A stretch of 64,000 nt of DNA. Source: Marsupella aquatica. Lineage: Eukaryota; Plantae; Marchantiophyta. Below the pieces are notes generated by a model, which did no database searches, had not been told where the DNA came from, and saw only the letters and a list, made by a program, of their open reading frames with translations. Of this stretch, positions 1-12,175 are shown one piece after another. Both the position numbers and the translations under genes were made by a program. The stretch spans positions 2,294,001 to 2,358,000 of the forward strand of contig OZ316896.1 in NCBI GenBank assembly GCA_973895155.1. Reading direction: 5' to 3'. Position 1 is the first letter of the stretch, and each line of letters begins with the position of its first letter.

Positions 1-575
1 ATGCACCTCCAAGAAATGGAACCAGCTCGTAATTTGTACACGAGTCTGGGGTATTCTTAGACTAGCAAAAAGCCAGCTTGAGGAAGTAAATGAAATGCTG
101 ACAAGCATTCCCAATGGAAAACCCCTTCAGAATGTCCATATTGAAGCTTTTGTTAGGATGGAAACACCGAATCTTCCTCCAATCAATTTCTTAGGTTTAT
201 TTTCAAGGTCTGACCTAAATCGATTTCAAGAAGACTGGCACAATCTTGAGAAAGATGAGCAAGCGAGGCTCTTGGAAATGTATGGGGAAGCTTCTAGTCT
301 GGTTTAGAGCCATCTTGAATGGGCTCTTTGTAAAGACTCTTTTTAAGAATATCAACTTATTTTTTTTTGTGGCACAATTCCGAATGAATAAAGAGTTACC
401 CGATTCGCTACGCATAAAATCTATTTGGTTGAATACAAGGACTTGGGGATATGCCTTATCTCTTGTCCCATCAAGAAAAAAATATATACAGACATCCGGA
501 CTCCAACCCTATGCTTTTGGATACACATTATCGCCTGTGGAAACCTTATCGCCTGTGGATATGAAGGTGATAAAG

Positions 576-583
576 TATAAATA
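576..583 (+). promoter_or_regulatory. Candidate TATA box of the ParB-MTase gene
   Basis: TATAAATA followed by a pyrimidine-rich leader, a GT donor at 712 and a TTTTTCAG acceptor at 1140, just before the ATG at 1145. Confidence 0.35.
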
Positions 584-752
584 GAAGTGCCTGGTCAGAA
601 AAAATTACTCTCATTTCTTTTTCTTCTCAACTTTGTTTGCCTCCGCGTTTTTCTCGGGCCGCAACATCTCTATAGCTTTTCGTATTTGCTCGAATCAAAA
701 CCAAAAAATAGGTAAAACCTGAAGAAACTCTCCCCTCCTTGTTTGGTTAATT

Positions 753-1105
753 GTTGAATCCTGAGAGGGATACGCCGTATCCCCATTTGTATTCAACTCT
801 ATTATTTGGCCTTCTTTTCAATTGAATACGAGATGGGATACCGCGTATCCCATCTTGCATTGAACACCCTCTTTTTAGTCTTCCATCCAAACCTCCTCGC
901 TCTTTCTTGACTTTGAATACGAACTGGGATACCGCGTATCCCATTTCGCATTCAACTCCCTCTTTTTCGTGCTTTGCATCAGACTCGAGGCAATTGTTGA
1001 GGTTGGATGCGAAGTGGGATACCGCGTATCCCATTTCGCATTCAACTCCCTCTTTTTCATTCTTTGCGTCAGACTTGGCAATTGTTGATGTTGGATGCGA
1101 AGTGG
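753..1105. repeat. Array 1 of ~43-bp palindromes (TTGAATRCGARNTGGGATAC-CGC-GTATCCCATYTCGCATTCAA) inside a putative 5'UTR intron (712-1140)
   Basis: Units at ~753, 822, 913 and 1003, plus a half unit at 1091; spacing ~68-91 bp. Confidence 0.9.
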
Positions 1106-1144
1106 TTTGGTCTGGTTCTAAGTGTGTCAATCTTTTTCAGGATC

Positions 1145-3106
1145 ATGTGACCGAACAAATCAAAGTCGTCTGGTTCGACCCAGTCTTCACGGACATCCAT
1201 CGTCGATGAGATTTGGAAGAAAGACCTTTACACGGAGGAGAAACTCGTGAGGAATAGGTGGTACTTCAGGGATGCTCGGGTGATGGATATTCACAGAGCG
1301 TATGAAGGTCCAGCGGTGTGGTTGGTTATCGTTAAGGGTAAAGACCATTGCCATTATGGATTAGTCGTGGACACCGGGGAGGCGGATATCACCAACTCAA
1401 AAACAAAACAGCTGAAGAAGATTCCAATGTACCTTTGCATTCTTCCGAACAATGCCTTCACTGTAGTTGTCCTCAACTACGAGAAAATTGATCGGGTCTC
1501 GATGAACACATTTCCTGATGACCCGATCTGCCAGCTAATTTTGGAAGTGCCGGAGATTGAGGACTTCTCTTATTGGTGTTTGAAATTTGTCTTGAAGTCT
1601 TGGAGGGTTGTTGAGGATTTTACGAAGGTAGCGTATAGGTCTGTTGTTGGAGCTGACTTTGGCGTCAAAGAGTGGCCTTTGAAGTTGAAAGTGACGAAGC
1701 CTACCGATCCGGCTTTGAAGTCAGGGGAGATGTCTGGAACACCCTCGACAAAGGAGAAATCTGCCACAGTTTCTTTTAAGGAACCGGCAAAGAGGAAGCT
1801 TGCAGATCAACTCTCTGGGGAAGGTTCTAAAGTAGCGGTGTCAGGAGAAGCTATTGTCAAGAAGAAATTGGATCGACGTGACATCCAGAAGCGCGCGCCT
1901 TTTGCACCATGAAGTGTTGTCTCATCTTTGGTCCCACCAATTTCACAGACACCTCAGATTCCTTCAACTTCGTCAGGTGGGCTTTCTTTATCATCTAGAG
2001 GAGCTGTTAAAGAAAAGAAAAACGATTCAACAGATATCACCACAGCTTTGCAGCGGGAAGAGACACTTGTGGTTCGTGAAGAAGTGTCTCGGTTGATGGA
2101 GACTAAGCGAGTTCAGAAGACAACAGTTATTCTGAAAACAACTAACCTGCTTCTTGTTGACGATATTGACGACGAGAACTCAACGTTGGTTCGAACAATC
2201 GATCGGTTGCATGTGGAGAACATCAAGACTTTGATGAAAATGAATCCGACAAATTTCACGACGCCATTTGTCTTGTTTGTGATCCCAAAAGACTGCCCGA
2301 CAGTGACAGACTGGGACCCAGAAAAGGCAGCAAGTTGGAGATATCGAGTGATTGGAGGTAATCACGGTGCTCGGGCCAAGAGAGAATTGTATCAGGCTTA
2401 TGGGAGATAGATCTTCAATGAACTCCAAGCTTGGGTGTATGCTGGTCTCACAAGGGAGGACATTCAGAAACTTAGCATCCAACATAATATTGATCAGGAG
2501 TACAAGAAAAAAATGAACAACATTGATCAAATCCGAACAATGCATAAGATTTTTATTGCCAGAGGAATGGCAAAAACCAAGGAGACTAGAGAAGCGTGTG
2601 CGATGGAGGTTTGCCTCGACGGGTTTTTTCCGGGGGACGCCACAAGCCTGAAGAAGCATGAGCCTCTCTTCCAAATTGCATTTAGGTCGGGTAAGGTCTG
2701 GGAACTCCAAGACCAGATCTTTGAGATGTGGAACAAGTTGGAGATCAAAGGGCAGAATAAGCAGAAGTCACCGATCAAGAAACTCAAGAAAGGAAAGGGA
2801 AAAGCGCAATCGATTCCAAAAGCTTTGAATAAGCTTGCAGGGGGCCTTACCTTGACACCTTGGAGAGCAATCCAGGGAATTGAACACGACCAATTTTTGG
2901 AGTCCCTTCTTCTCCGAGTGAAGGACCGGATGATCTCTTTGGAGCAGATGGCAAAAGTAGCCGAGAGTTACAAGAAACTTGTGAAAATCAGCAAGCTTTT
3001 TGTTCAGTTGTCAGGGCAGAAAGACTGGGCGACTTGCAAACAAATGTTTCCGAAAGAAACAGAATCTGCCGAGCTTGAAAAATGGAGTGGGAAATTGTCC
3101 GATGTG
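1145..3106 (+). pseudogene. N-terminal exon of transposon cargo gene containing a ParB/Srx-like domain
   Basis: ORFs 1247-1912, 1928-2410 and 2435-3241 share one frame with the ATG at 1145, broken only by TGA1148, TGA1910 and TAG2408. Motif YRVIGGNHGARA resembles the ParB GxxRxxA box. GTATGT donor at 3107. Confidence 0.7.
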
Positions 3107-3184
3107 GTATGTTCTTCCCTTCCACTGATTGGACTTTTCTATTTGTTTTGCCATGTTTGGAGGTTTTCTTCGTGGATTTCTTGT

Positions 3185-3586
3185 TGGAATGCGAAGTGGG
3201 ATATGGGGTATCCCATCTCGGATTCACTTGTGCTTATTTGATGTTGGTGATGTTTCAATGCGGTTTTTTCTTGGTTGAATGCCAAGTGGGATACGCGGTA
3301 TCCCATCTCGTATTCACTTGTGGTTATTTGAAGTTTGTGATGTCTCAATGTGGTTTTTGCTTGGTTGAATTCGAAGTGGGATACGCGGTATCCCTTCTCG
3401 TATTCAATGTGGTTATTTGACGTTTGAGATGTTTCAATGTGGTTTTTGCTTGGTCGAATGTGAAATGGGATACGGGGTATCCCATCTCGAATTCACTTCT
3501 GGTTATTTGACGGTGGTGATGTTTGACTGTGGTTTTTGCTTGGTTGAATACGAACTAGGATACGGAGTATCCCATGTCGCATTCAT
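3185..3586. repeat. Array 2 of the same ~43-bp palindrome, 5 units at 89-90 bp period, inside intron (~3107-3670)
   Basis: Units at 3185, 3275, 3365, 3454 and 3544 with core GGGATAC-NNN-GTATCCC. Confidence 0.9.
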
Positions 3587-3599
3587 CGTCCAGATTTGA

Positions 3600-4781
3600 T
3601 TGTATGAATTCCTAAATGGTTATCTCCCCATTGTCTTTCCTCCAGATTCTTTTAACAAGTTTGCGTTTGCAGTTGAAAGCTTTTTCGAAGAAGAAGAACA
3701 AGATGCAATTGGTGCCGATGCGGTTGAGAAGCCTATGGAGGAGCTGACTTTGAGTGTTATTCCCCCGGGGTTTAAGAATTATGTTCAAGAAGCGATTGAG
3801 AACTACAACCGTCGTCGTGGCATTGAAACGGTTGAAGCAGAGTCGAGTGACCATCGATGGAAAAACGTTGACGGAAATTTTATCAGATATACATTGCATT
3901 GTGGAGATGTCAGGGCGCTGGATAAGTTTGTAGAGAAAAGGAATTACACACTTGCAATTGCAGACATTCCTTATGGATTCAATGCGCCTGGCTCTGAAAA
4001 TGATGAGGTCCCATTTTCAGAGAGTGATATTGTGGATATGGTGAATTGTTTTGCCAAGGTGACAAGTTCAAAGATGTGGAGGTTTGTTGTGATTCACTCT
4101 TTGCAGCAAACTTGGTCTGTGATGAATGCTCTTGGAAAAACTTGTAACGCAGGTGTAGAGGCTGGAATTTGGGAGAAGCCAAATGTACATGCTCATCCTT
4201 CTGGGAATCGATTGGCTTGGGCTTTTGAAAACTGGTCAATCGGATATTATCACGAGAGTGGTATTAGGACCAGAGACATGTACAATTTTGAACATGATGA
4301 GAAAAGTGTAAACATCATAAAAGTCCCTTGTGTTACAAAGAAATATGTAACACCATTGGGAGAAATAGTGAACCCTTACCAGAAACCGATAGCTTTAGCA
4401 GATTGGTTCGTTCAACATTTTAGTGAAGCAAGGGATTGGGTTGCTGATTTATGTGCGGGGAGTGGTTCGACCTCATGCGCTGCCTTGTTAGGGAAACGTC
4501 CGGTGACAGCCGTGGAGCTCAGTGCAAGCCAGGTGGATTGTATCTGGACCCGACTTGTCACGCTTGATGAATCATGGGACTTGAATGATGAAGCAACCGA
4601 GGAGGGTACAGGACCCATGAGCTTTGAGGTTCAACCACCTATTGGTGGTACTACGAGCACCCTCACCACTGGAACTTGCATTATTACAACTGCGGAGGAG
4701 AACGACAATGATGAGGATGAAGATGATGAAGTGGAACATGAAGCTCCGGCACTTGATCTTGGCTCATTCCTTGAGGTGTAG
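3600..4781 (+). CDS. Beta-class DNA amino-methyltransferase (N6-adenine/N4-cytosine, N6_N4_Mtase-like) exon
   Basis: LHCGDV, catalytic motif IV variant ADIPYG, IWEKPN, NPYQKPIAL, SAM-binding motif I DLCAGSGST, and AVELS, in beta order (IV before I); acidic tail. Confidence 0.85.
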   Translation: MYEFLNGYLPIVFPPDSFNKFAFAVESFFEEEEQDAIGADAVEKPMEELTLSVIPPGFKNYVQEAIENYNRRRGIETVEAESSDHRWKNVDGNFIRYTLHCGDVRALDKFVEKRNYTLAIADIPYGFNAPGSENDEVPFSESDIVDMVNCFAKVTSSKMWRFVVIHSLQQTWSVMNALGKTCNAGVEAGIWEKPNVHAHPSGNRLAWAFENWSIGYYHESGIRTRDMYNFEHDEKSVNIIKVPCVTKKYVTPLGEIVNPYQKPIALADWFVQHFSEARDWVADLCAGSGSTSCAALLGKRPVTAVELSASQVDCIWTRLVTLDESWDLNDEATEEGTGPMSFEVQPPIGGTTSTLTTGTCIITTAEENDNDEDEDDEVEHEAPALDLGSFLEV

Positions 4782-4893
4782 ACTTAAGTTTGATTTGTTC
4801 TCTCATGTTGTATCTATTGATCCAAACTTGTGAAATATTGAGGAAGATTATGATTGGACTATGTTCTTATTTCACAAAGTAATGTCTTTGCAG

Positions 4894-6110
4894 GAACCAA
4901 AGGAGGATTTTGTATTAAAACATGTTCTGCATAGATTCTCACACAATCCTTCTAGTGGATTTCTTTTGGACAATAAAACATTGAGCCAACTTCTCAGGGG
5001 TCTCACTATATGGGGACCTCCCCATCGCCTGCGACGTTTTTAGGCCTCGGACCCCCTAAAATGTAAGAAAAAAAATTTATTTATTAACCCCTATAAAGTT
5101 GGAATATTCTTGGAATATTCTAAAAATTGGATTAAAAGGACCCTAATGTTCTTATAAGTCTCAAAATTGAATTTAAAAGACCCTATTGTTCTTCTACAAA
5201 AATTCTTAAGTCTTCCCTTAGAACCAATAAAATGACCCTATCCTTCGTCGCACGTGATATGCCATTTTTGTGGAAGTGAAACCCCCGAGGCCAACTTGAA
5301 CCCGGTCAATATTTGGGTGATGAAATAATGGAATTTTACCCACAATTAATAACCGAGGAACATGGAGATCTGGCTCCCTTAGTAAACACATTATCCTTTT
5401 TTTTTTACCCTTGGCTTGTTTCAAGGATTGAAACAGAACCAGCTGAGACCCTGTTGGAATCAATTCAAAAGATGCGGAATTATTACAAGCCACCATTTTC
5501 CCAAATTGAGGTCATTCTCATGCCAATTCACATGAGCATGCACTGGAGTCTGGTTGTAATATGTTTGGATCGGATTGAATCTTCGATCAAAATGTATCAT
5601 CTAGACTCTCTCGCCGGTCTACACTCAACCCATGTAATTGGATCAATACTGAGCAGGTATGTATATATTCGATTACATTTTTTCAATTTGAATTTATTTA
5701 TGTGGTACATAAATATAAACACTTTGGACTAATAACTTTGAATGATAATTTGCAGATATTTTACAATGGAATGAGAATTATTTTTTGGAAAAGTTCCAAT
5801 GGGAGTTGTGGAGATATACAATCCAATGGTAAGGATTTGAAAAGTTATGTCAACTTTTATTTAGTTCAATTATTAAACACTTTGGACTAACTTTAAGATT
5901 CTTTCTCAGGTACCTCAACAACCAAACAATTCAGATTGTGGTCTATTTGTTCTTCAAAATATGGACGAAATCAGAATTCAATGGCATATTACACAATGCC
6001 TTGATGCACAGTCTTTATTTACTGAAAAATGGTACAATTGTAAAAGAGCATGTAACCTTAGAAAATTCATTCGAGATCAAATTCTAAAATTGATGCATGT
6101 ACCTGTTTAA
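4894..6110 (+). pseudogene. Ulp1/C48 SUMO-protease-like domain (3 exons), interrupted by a MITE
   Basis: Removing the MITE restores TLSQLEPGQYLGDEIMEFY. Catalytic motifs PIHMSMHWSLVVI, HLDSL and, in exon 5910-6110, VPQQPNNSDCGLFVL. Confidence 0.8.
4993..5289 (+). mobile_element. MITE (~297 bp), hAT-like
   Basis: TIRs CTCAGGGGTCTCAC / GTGAAACCCCCGAG; perfect 8-bp TSD GCCAACTT at 4985-4992 and 5290-5297. Confidence 0.9.
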
Positions 6111-6121
6111 GGACATCAATC

Positions 6122-9100
6122 TCAATCCTCTGAGTGTGCAGAACCTCTCTCTAATATAGCAGACTCTATAATTTTTTTAGTTTTTGTTGCTATTTGATTA
6201 GTACTTAAAAGCGCAAAGTTGTATGCATACACCGCTATTGATGATAGAACTAGTTTATCTTGGAGAAGTCGATTAGATATATTATCTTTCTCTGGAAAAT
6301 ATTTCCCATCAATAGCAGACTCAGCACTTGCTTCAGTTGTGTACCATGTGATTTTGATTCTCTCGGGAATGTCTGCAGTTCTTGTCAAAAATTTTGACAC
6401 CTTTGCCATCCAAAACAACTTGCCTTCTGGATCCTTGAATTGTTGCCGCTACACATATCATGGACCACTTATTGTTAACTTCCATATCTCTGAAATCTCC
6501 AAATTCAGCTTGCTTTCGTCGAGGTCCGGAGTACATAATTCTCCGTGGTCCAGCAACTTTGTCAACCAAAGTTGGATCAACACCTTCTTCAACAAGTTCA
6601 TTTCTCACCCTTGGAAGTAGTTGTGCACCTTGATTTTGTTGCGGCCAAACCCACTCAAATAACCACTCACCTTCCTCTAGGTGGTTTTTGATAATATCTT
6701 TTTGTTTCTCAAAAAAACTCATCCACCAAAGTTTATCTTCATTGTCAAAGTAATTGAAACCTTCCTGAATAGCTTTTTCATATTTCACCAGAGTAGTTAA
6801 TGCACCATCTGTATTGGAAGAATCATGGACATCATCCCTCTCAACACCTTTTGCTGACTTTAGTGACATTTGTGCAGCAACCCACATTCTTGAAGTTGGA
6901 ATGTAATTGACGAACGTCACTGCATCTCCCCAATCCTGGGTCGTGGAAAGGTGTTTCCCGTGAAATGTTGTCTCTTCGTTTCCATCCTCCATCACTCGTT
7001 TGAATCTGAATTGCCTTTGAAAGGTTATGAGATTGAGATCTCTCAAGACTCTACCTGAGACTCCCTTCTCATTTGGCTGGTCGTTTTTATTGACAAATTT
7101 TTGAAAATTGGCTACTTCATCCACAAATATGATCAAAGCTTGAGGTGAATATGCTCGTCAAATAATATCCTCGAGAGTCTCCAAGCGAAATGCTTTGTAC
7201 GTGCTTGTTTAACCTAGACGAAAATTTACTAAACATCTGATCTATCTGGTCATGTGTATGACCGACCAACAAGAAACCCACTTTAATCTTGTCAAAAATC
7301 TTCAAATCTACTAACATGTGAAGATAAGCCATCAAGAATTTATTCTTGTTTTCCCGAGTGGTATTATCTAATTGAAGATATAACACTCTTGGTAATGTCC
7401 CATCCCATGTATTCAATACATTTTGAATAACATGTATGGTCAAGTTTGCATCATTATGGATATTGGGATATGTCAAAAATACTTTTGCTGCAAGGTTCCT
7501 GTTGAAGATGAGACAACCTACAACATGTATTGGAATGAAATATTTTTCATCCATGTTCTTTGGACAACGAATAAAATGTGGTAGCTCTGTTTTCTTTTGA
7601 TCCATACCATCTATACAAATACCCAAATACTTGTTGGGCTCATCATAGCATTTTTTACAATGCTTGGCTAACTTCATCCTTTCCAATGATTGTACTTTTC
7701 AATGCTCCATAAAGGCATTGATATACTTTCCTGAAATTATACAATAGCAATGAATTAAAAATCAATAACTAAGGATAAACTTTGACAAATATTGAATTAC
7801 ATGTCATCAAATTAAAGTTGAAGGTTATAGTTAGTGGAACTTACTTTTATCCTCTTCAGTTGTTGCTTTGTCCCGAAGAGCCTTGAATTCAGTACAAGGA
7901 CCACAAGTAGAAAATCGACTCCTTTTAGGAATTCGTACATTTGGAAACTTTTTTTTCCAAACACGCAAAAAATAAGAATATGTAACTTGTTGTTCTTCTC
8001 GCAACATTGTTTCAGCTTCAAAGATTCCATGTATCTCTTGCTTTGTCCAATTGTCTGGCAAGTGATGAATCTCTTTATGGGGAAGACTATCCATATTTTT
8101 TTGGAAAAAATCTTTCAACCATTCCACCAAGTTTAGAAATGAAGGTGAGTCTTCCTTACAAAAAGTATCTCGTTCAATCCTTGTAAACATGTTTGCATGG
8201 ATTGTTGCCAATCTATTATTACCTAAAGAATATAGTTTCTTGAATCCTCCTCTACATATAGGTTGTCCATTTACACTATATCCACGAGAAGTACTACAGT
8301 TGTTCATGATACAACCTCGTAGCAAAATATTTTTTTGCAAGTGTTTACGACCAAAATAATACTTGCGTTGTTTTGAGCATTCCTCTAGACCCAAAGACCT
8401 CAAGCAAAACTTGTCACAACAGGGATACTTAAAAATATATTTAATTTTGTGTTTTTTTAGATTTGCAATGGTAAATCTATCTTTTCTAATCATCTGATCT
8501 CTGATTTTCTTGCTGGGTCTTGTCACCTCTACTCTATCCTGAATAGTGTCGGGAGAACTTACCCCCCCCCCCACTATTTTCTAGTGAATTAGAATTTAAA
8601 ACAAAAAGATTTGATGTAGAGTTGTTTCCACTCTCCACATTTTCTGTAACTGTTTCATGAACAATCTCACCTCCCAAGATCTCTTCAACAACATTTGAGA
8701 TTACAGCAGTCTCTCTGTCATTTGCAGCCTCCTCTGATCTCTCTTCAGAGTCTTCTGAAAATGTAATAGGTGTTCTGAGATTTCTAGTTTGAAATCTTCT
8801 AATGATATTCACATCTTCAGTCGGAGTACCGCCCACTTGTCTCTGAGACTGTAATCCCAGCCTAGGTGATTCTTCTCGACTTGAGGGCTCATCTTGACCA
8901 TTGAATAATCTTTGGACAAGTTTCAATTTAGCATGTACCCTTGAATTTTTGGGCCCTCTCTCCGGCAGCTCACTTCGCAATAATCTCTGAGGAATTTTTT
9001 GGACACTAGATCTCTTCCCTCTTTTGTTCTGCACTTGCCGTCCAATGGAAGATCCAAAAACCTCACACTGCATCCTCGCCAAAGGGCTTCGAAGTCCCAT

Positions 9101-9156
9101 GTTGGTAGTTTCACCACTCTGTGAAATAACTGATGGGAATACCGATTGGGATCCAT
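6122..9156 (-). pseudogene. Sola1-like (DUF7869-type) DDD transposase, frameshifted
   Basis: CIDGMDQKKT, YLQLDNTTRENKN and FLLVGHTHDQIDQMFS; upstream Cys motifs (CCDKFC, ICRGGF, STCGPC); intron 7731-7844; spread over ORFs 8923-9156, 8534-9100, 7831-8574, 7117-7686, 6333-7136 and 6122-6418. Confidence 0.7.
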
Positions 9157-9160
9157 GGAT

Positions 9161-12100
9161 TGTGATGCCTAGACAGGAATCACTCGGCCGGTTAAGTGGG
9201 TAAAGCAGGAAGGCACCCTAGGAACACCTTAGTATAGTGACAAAACAAGGAAAATATAAACAATTAGGGGCAACCATGGAACCCGGGCAGAGGCCGGAGG
9301 TAAGGCTGAGGGTGAAAACCCGATTAGGGTTAGGGCGCGTTAAGCGTCGGCGGCTAGGAAGGATCAACGGGAAGAAGGACCGGCAGAGGAGAGGGGTAAG
9401 GAGCGCTTGCAGGAGATGGTGGCTCATTTGCGAGCACGAACTAGGCAGACGACGACGGGAGGCCAACTACTGTCAGCTGCTTAGGCAAGCACTCGGGGAG
9501 AGAGTAGATACCGACGATCAACCTAAGGAGGGTATGAGCAACGTCAATCAAGCAGCACATTTCTGGGGATGCCTGTTCGAACGGGCAACTGAGTACATCA
9601 AGACTTACGAGGACGAGGAGTCAGAAAGGGCAGCTCGAGAACGGCAGGAGCTCGCTCGATTGTGGGAGCTGCAGAAGACGGCTTTCTTAGGAGGCGAACT
9701 CATCAAGGACGAGTTCCTGTGGACGCCTACTTCCAATCAACTCGACGATCTTCTGTTTTGCAAAGACAGCGTCGTCGGCATCCGAGAGGCCATCAAGAAC
9801 TGCAACGACATACGCTGGGAATTAAAGGGTAGCACGGAAAGGTGGACCCAGGCAACGGTGCTAGGAGAAACCTCCACGGCAGCAGAGATGAAGAGGAAGG
9901 GAGCCGTCAACGATGAAGCCACCCCGGCAAAAAGAACGAGGTCGGCGGCACCAAAGAAGCCAGCCGAGCAGCAGAGCAGGAGGCAGGGAGAAGCCGAAGA
10001 GGAGGAGGTCGATCCCATCAAGGCCATTCCAACCAGGGATGACACCTGGAAGGGCTGGGCGGCAACCCTACCGGTGGAGGTGCAACTACATTTTGCACGG
10101 GAGGAGGATGCATGCTTTACGGCCATGCAGACCAAGAAGTACCAAGGCTTCATGGCCGGATCCGGCTTGGAGGCCTTTGTAAGATTACCATGGCTGAAGC
10201 CGGAGGTACCGGAGTCAGACCTATTAGAATTCGTGGGGTCATGGGAACCCGAGACCAATTGCACGAGGATATATGGGAAGGATTTCTATCTTACTCCCAA
10301 GGTGATTGCCGAAGTGTTTGGCTTGCCGATGGGCAATAAGACCAAAGTTGATACCAGGAAGACCTTGCCTGACAAGGAGTTCCGGTCGTTCCCCGGGCCA
10401 TCAACGAAGAATGGCTTCTTCCGGAACACCTGCACCAACCCGCACATAGGAGAGATGATCGACTTCTTGCGGGTGACCATGCATTGTAACTTGCCGAGGG
10501 CAGAGATCGGCAAAGCACAGGTCTATCTGGCAGAAAGGCCAGACCCAAGCCGGGACTACAACGGGTACCTCCTCAACCAATTGAAGAAGATCTTAAAGGA
10601 GGAGCAGCAGGTAATCGGCATGGGGAGCGTGTCGCGGCTTGGCTATCACATGCCGCTGTTGTGCCGGTATGCCAGAGGTCAGACTTTTGCCCCGGTACTT
10701 CCCCTGCAGGTAAGGGCACCCGAGGAAGCTCCAACGCCGAGGCCGTTGGCTGAGAAGCCTCAACCACCTGTTAGTCCTACGATCGAGCAGGTGTTTAGGC
10801 CCAGGAAGGAAGACTTGCCGATGCAGCAACCAGGCATGCAGAGTCTGCTGAAACTACTGGAGAAAGAAAAGAAATCGGCATCGGCAACAACAACGGCAAC
10901 GGCAACAATGCAGGACACTACTACAGAGGTAGGCCTACACCGGCTCACAAGAGAAAACCCCTTTGCTGGAGACAAGGAGAGAATCAGGCCGGAATCCAAG
11001 CCAGGTGTTCGAATGTACGTGGGAACCTCAAGCTCCGAATCTGAGGCAGAATTGCCTGAAGCTCCTACCGAGGTAGAGGAGGCAGTGGAGGACTGCAGCC
11101 ATGATAATTCCGGCTATGGGTCGGACCATCACGTTCCAGGAGTAAGGACCTGTGGCCGGTTTGTCCCCACACTTCCAAGGGTAGTGCGAGGGGACCCCAA
11201 CCAGCAGAGTAGCCCTGAGTCTCCCCCACCAGATGTTGCTCCCCCGAGCTTCGACGGCATAAAACAGACGGTGCAAGAATTTCAGGAGCGAATCAAGCAG
11301 GAGGAAGAGGCCGCCCTGGCTAAGGAAAAGGATTTACCAGGAGGAGATTGGCCGGAGGACATCAGGCGGCTAGCCGAAAAAGGAAGCAAACCTCTAGCCA
11401 CGATTGAAGAGATCCGCAGGACGGCTTGGGAGCAGAGGCCACGATGGGCGATGCCGATCACTTCTACTTACTCCACCTACGCTAAGAATAGAGCCATGGA
11501 GTATGGTGAGATGTGTGGGGAACTTGCGCTCGGCATCTTTGGAGAGGAGTTGGAGGTAGGACCCTTTTTCCATAGGGAGCAGTTGGAGAAGCACCAATTA
11601 GAAGAAGCGGTGGCTTTAGAGAGAAGCAAGAAGGACGAGGTCATTCGGCGGCTTAGGAGGATGGGAGCCGAGATTGAAGATCTAAGGGCGGCCAAGAAAG
11701 CCCAAGATGAACTGCGGATTAAACGACATGAGCTGAACATCATGCAGGGGCAGTTGGACGCCGCGCAGGCTGATAATCAGAATATCAAGGATAAACTGAC
11801 TCAGACGCAGGAAGAGTTGGCCGACACGATCAAAGAAAGGGAAAAGTGGAAGCAAGAGCTGAAGAATACAGAGGAGGCCCACATAACAGCCAACAGCCGG
11901 GCCATGGCGGAGACCCAAAGAAAGGAATGGGCGTTGAAAGGGGAGCTCGAGAAAATCCGCGGAGCCCTTGAGCAGAAGGAGGTTGAGTTAGGGAAATCCT
12001 ATCAAGGGATTATGGCGCTGCAGCAGGAGCTTGCGTCCCTGACGGCCAGCTTCAAGGCCGACCTAAGGGAGAAGGACGAGATGCTCGAACAGACTTACGC

Positions 12101-12175
12101 CGTTTTTCACGAAATCGAAAACACACTTCTCGTTTGGTGGTCATACTTCTCGTTTGGTCCGTCACTGTGTTTAGC
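9161..12175 (+). mobile_element. LTR-retroelement fragment (TG-starting) carrying a large accessory ORF
   Basis: Abrupt switch to GC/CpG-rich sequence at TGTGATGCC; ORF is homologous to the one in the TSD-flanked unit 22183-25881. Confidence 0.55.

Larger units (their letters stand above)
576..9160. mobile_element. Two-gene DNA transposon (transposase plus ParB-MTase-Ulp1 cargo); termini not identified
   Basis: Convergent genes whose stop codons are 11 bp apart (6110/6122); Ulp1 domains are common DNA-transposon cargo; right side cut by a retroelement at 9161. Confidence 0.6.

Noticed and set aside
1-584. Short ORFs and possible left terminus of the MTase transposon
   Set aside because: No recognisable motif; no TIR partner or TSD could be identified within the window
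747-1209. ORFs 747-1130, 875-1081 and 907-1209, and ORFs in 2988-3599
   Set aside because: Translations of the palindrome arrays, not genes
753-3586. CRISPR array (palindromic repeats with spacers)
   Set aside because: Spacers within each array are similar to each other, repeats are degenerate, there are no cas genes, and the context is eukaryotic introns
1145-4781. Bacterial or phage contamination (ParB + MTase)
   Set aside because: Has GT-AG introns, a plant-type MITE insertion and a linked eukaryotic Ulp1 domain and transposase
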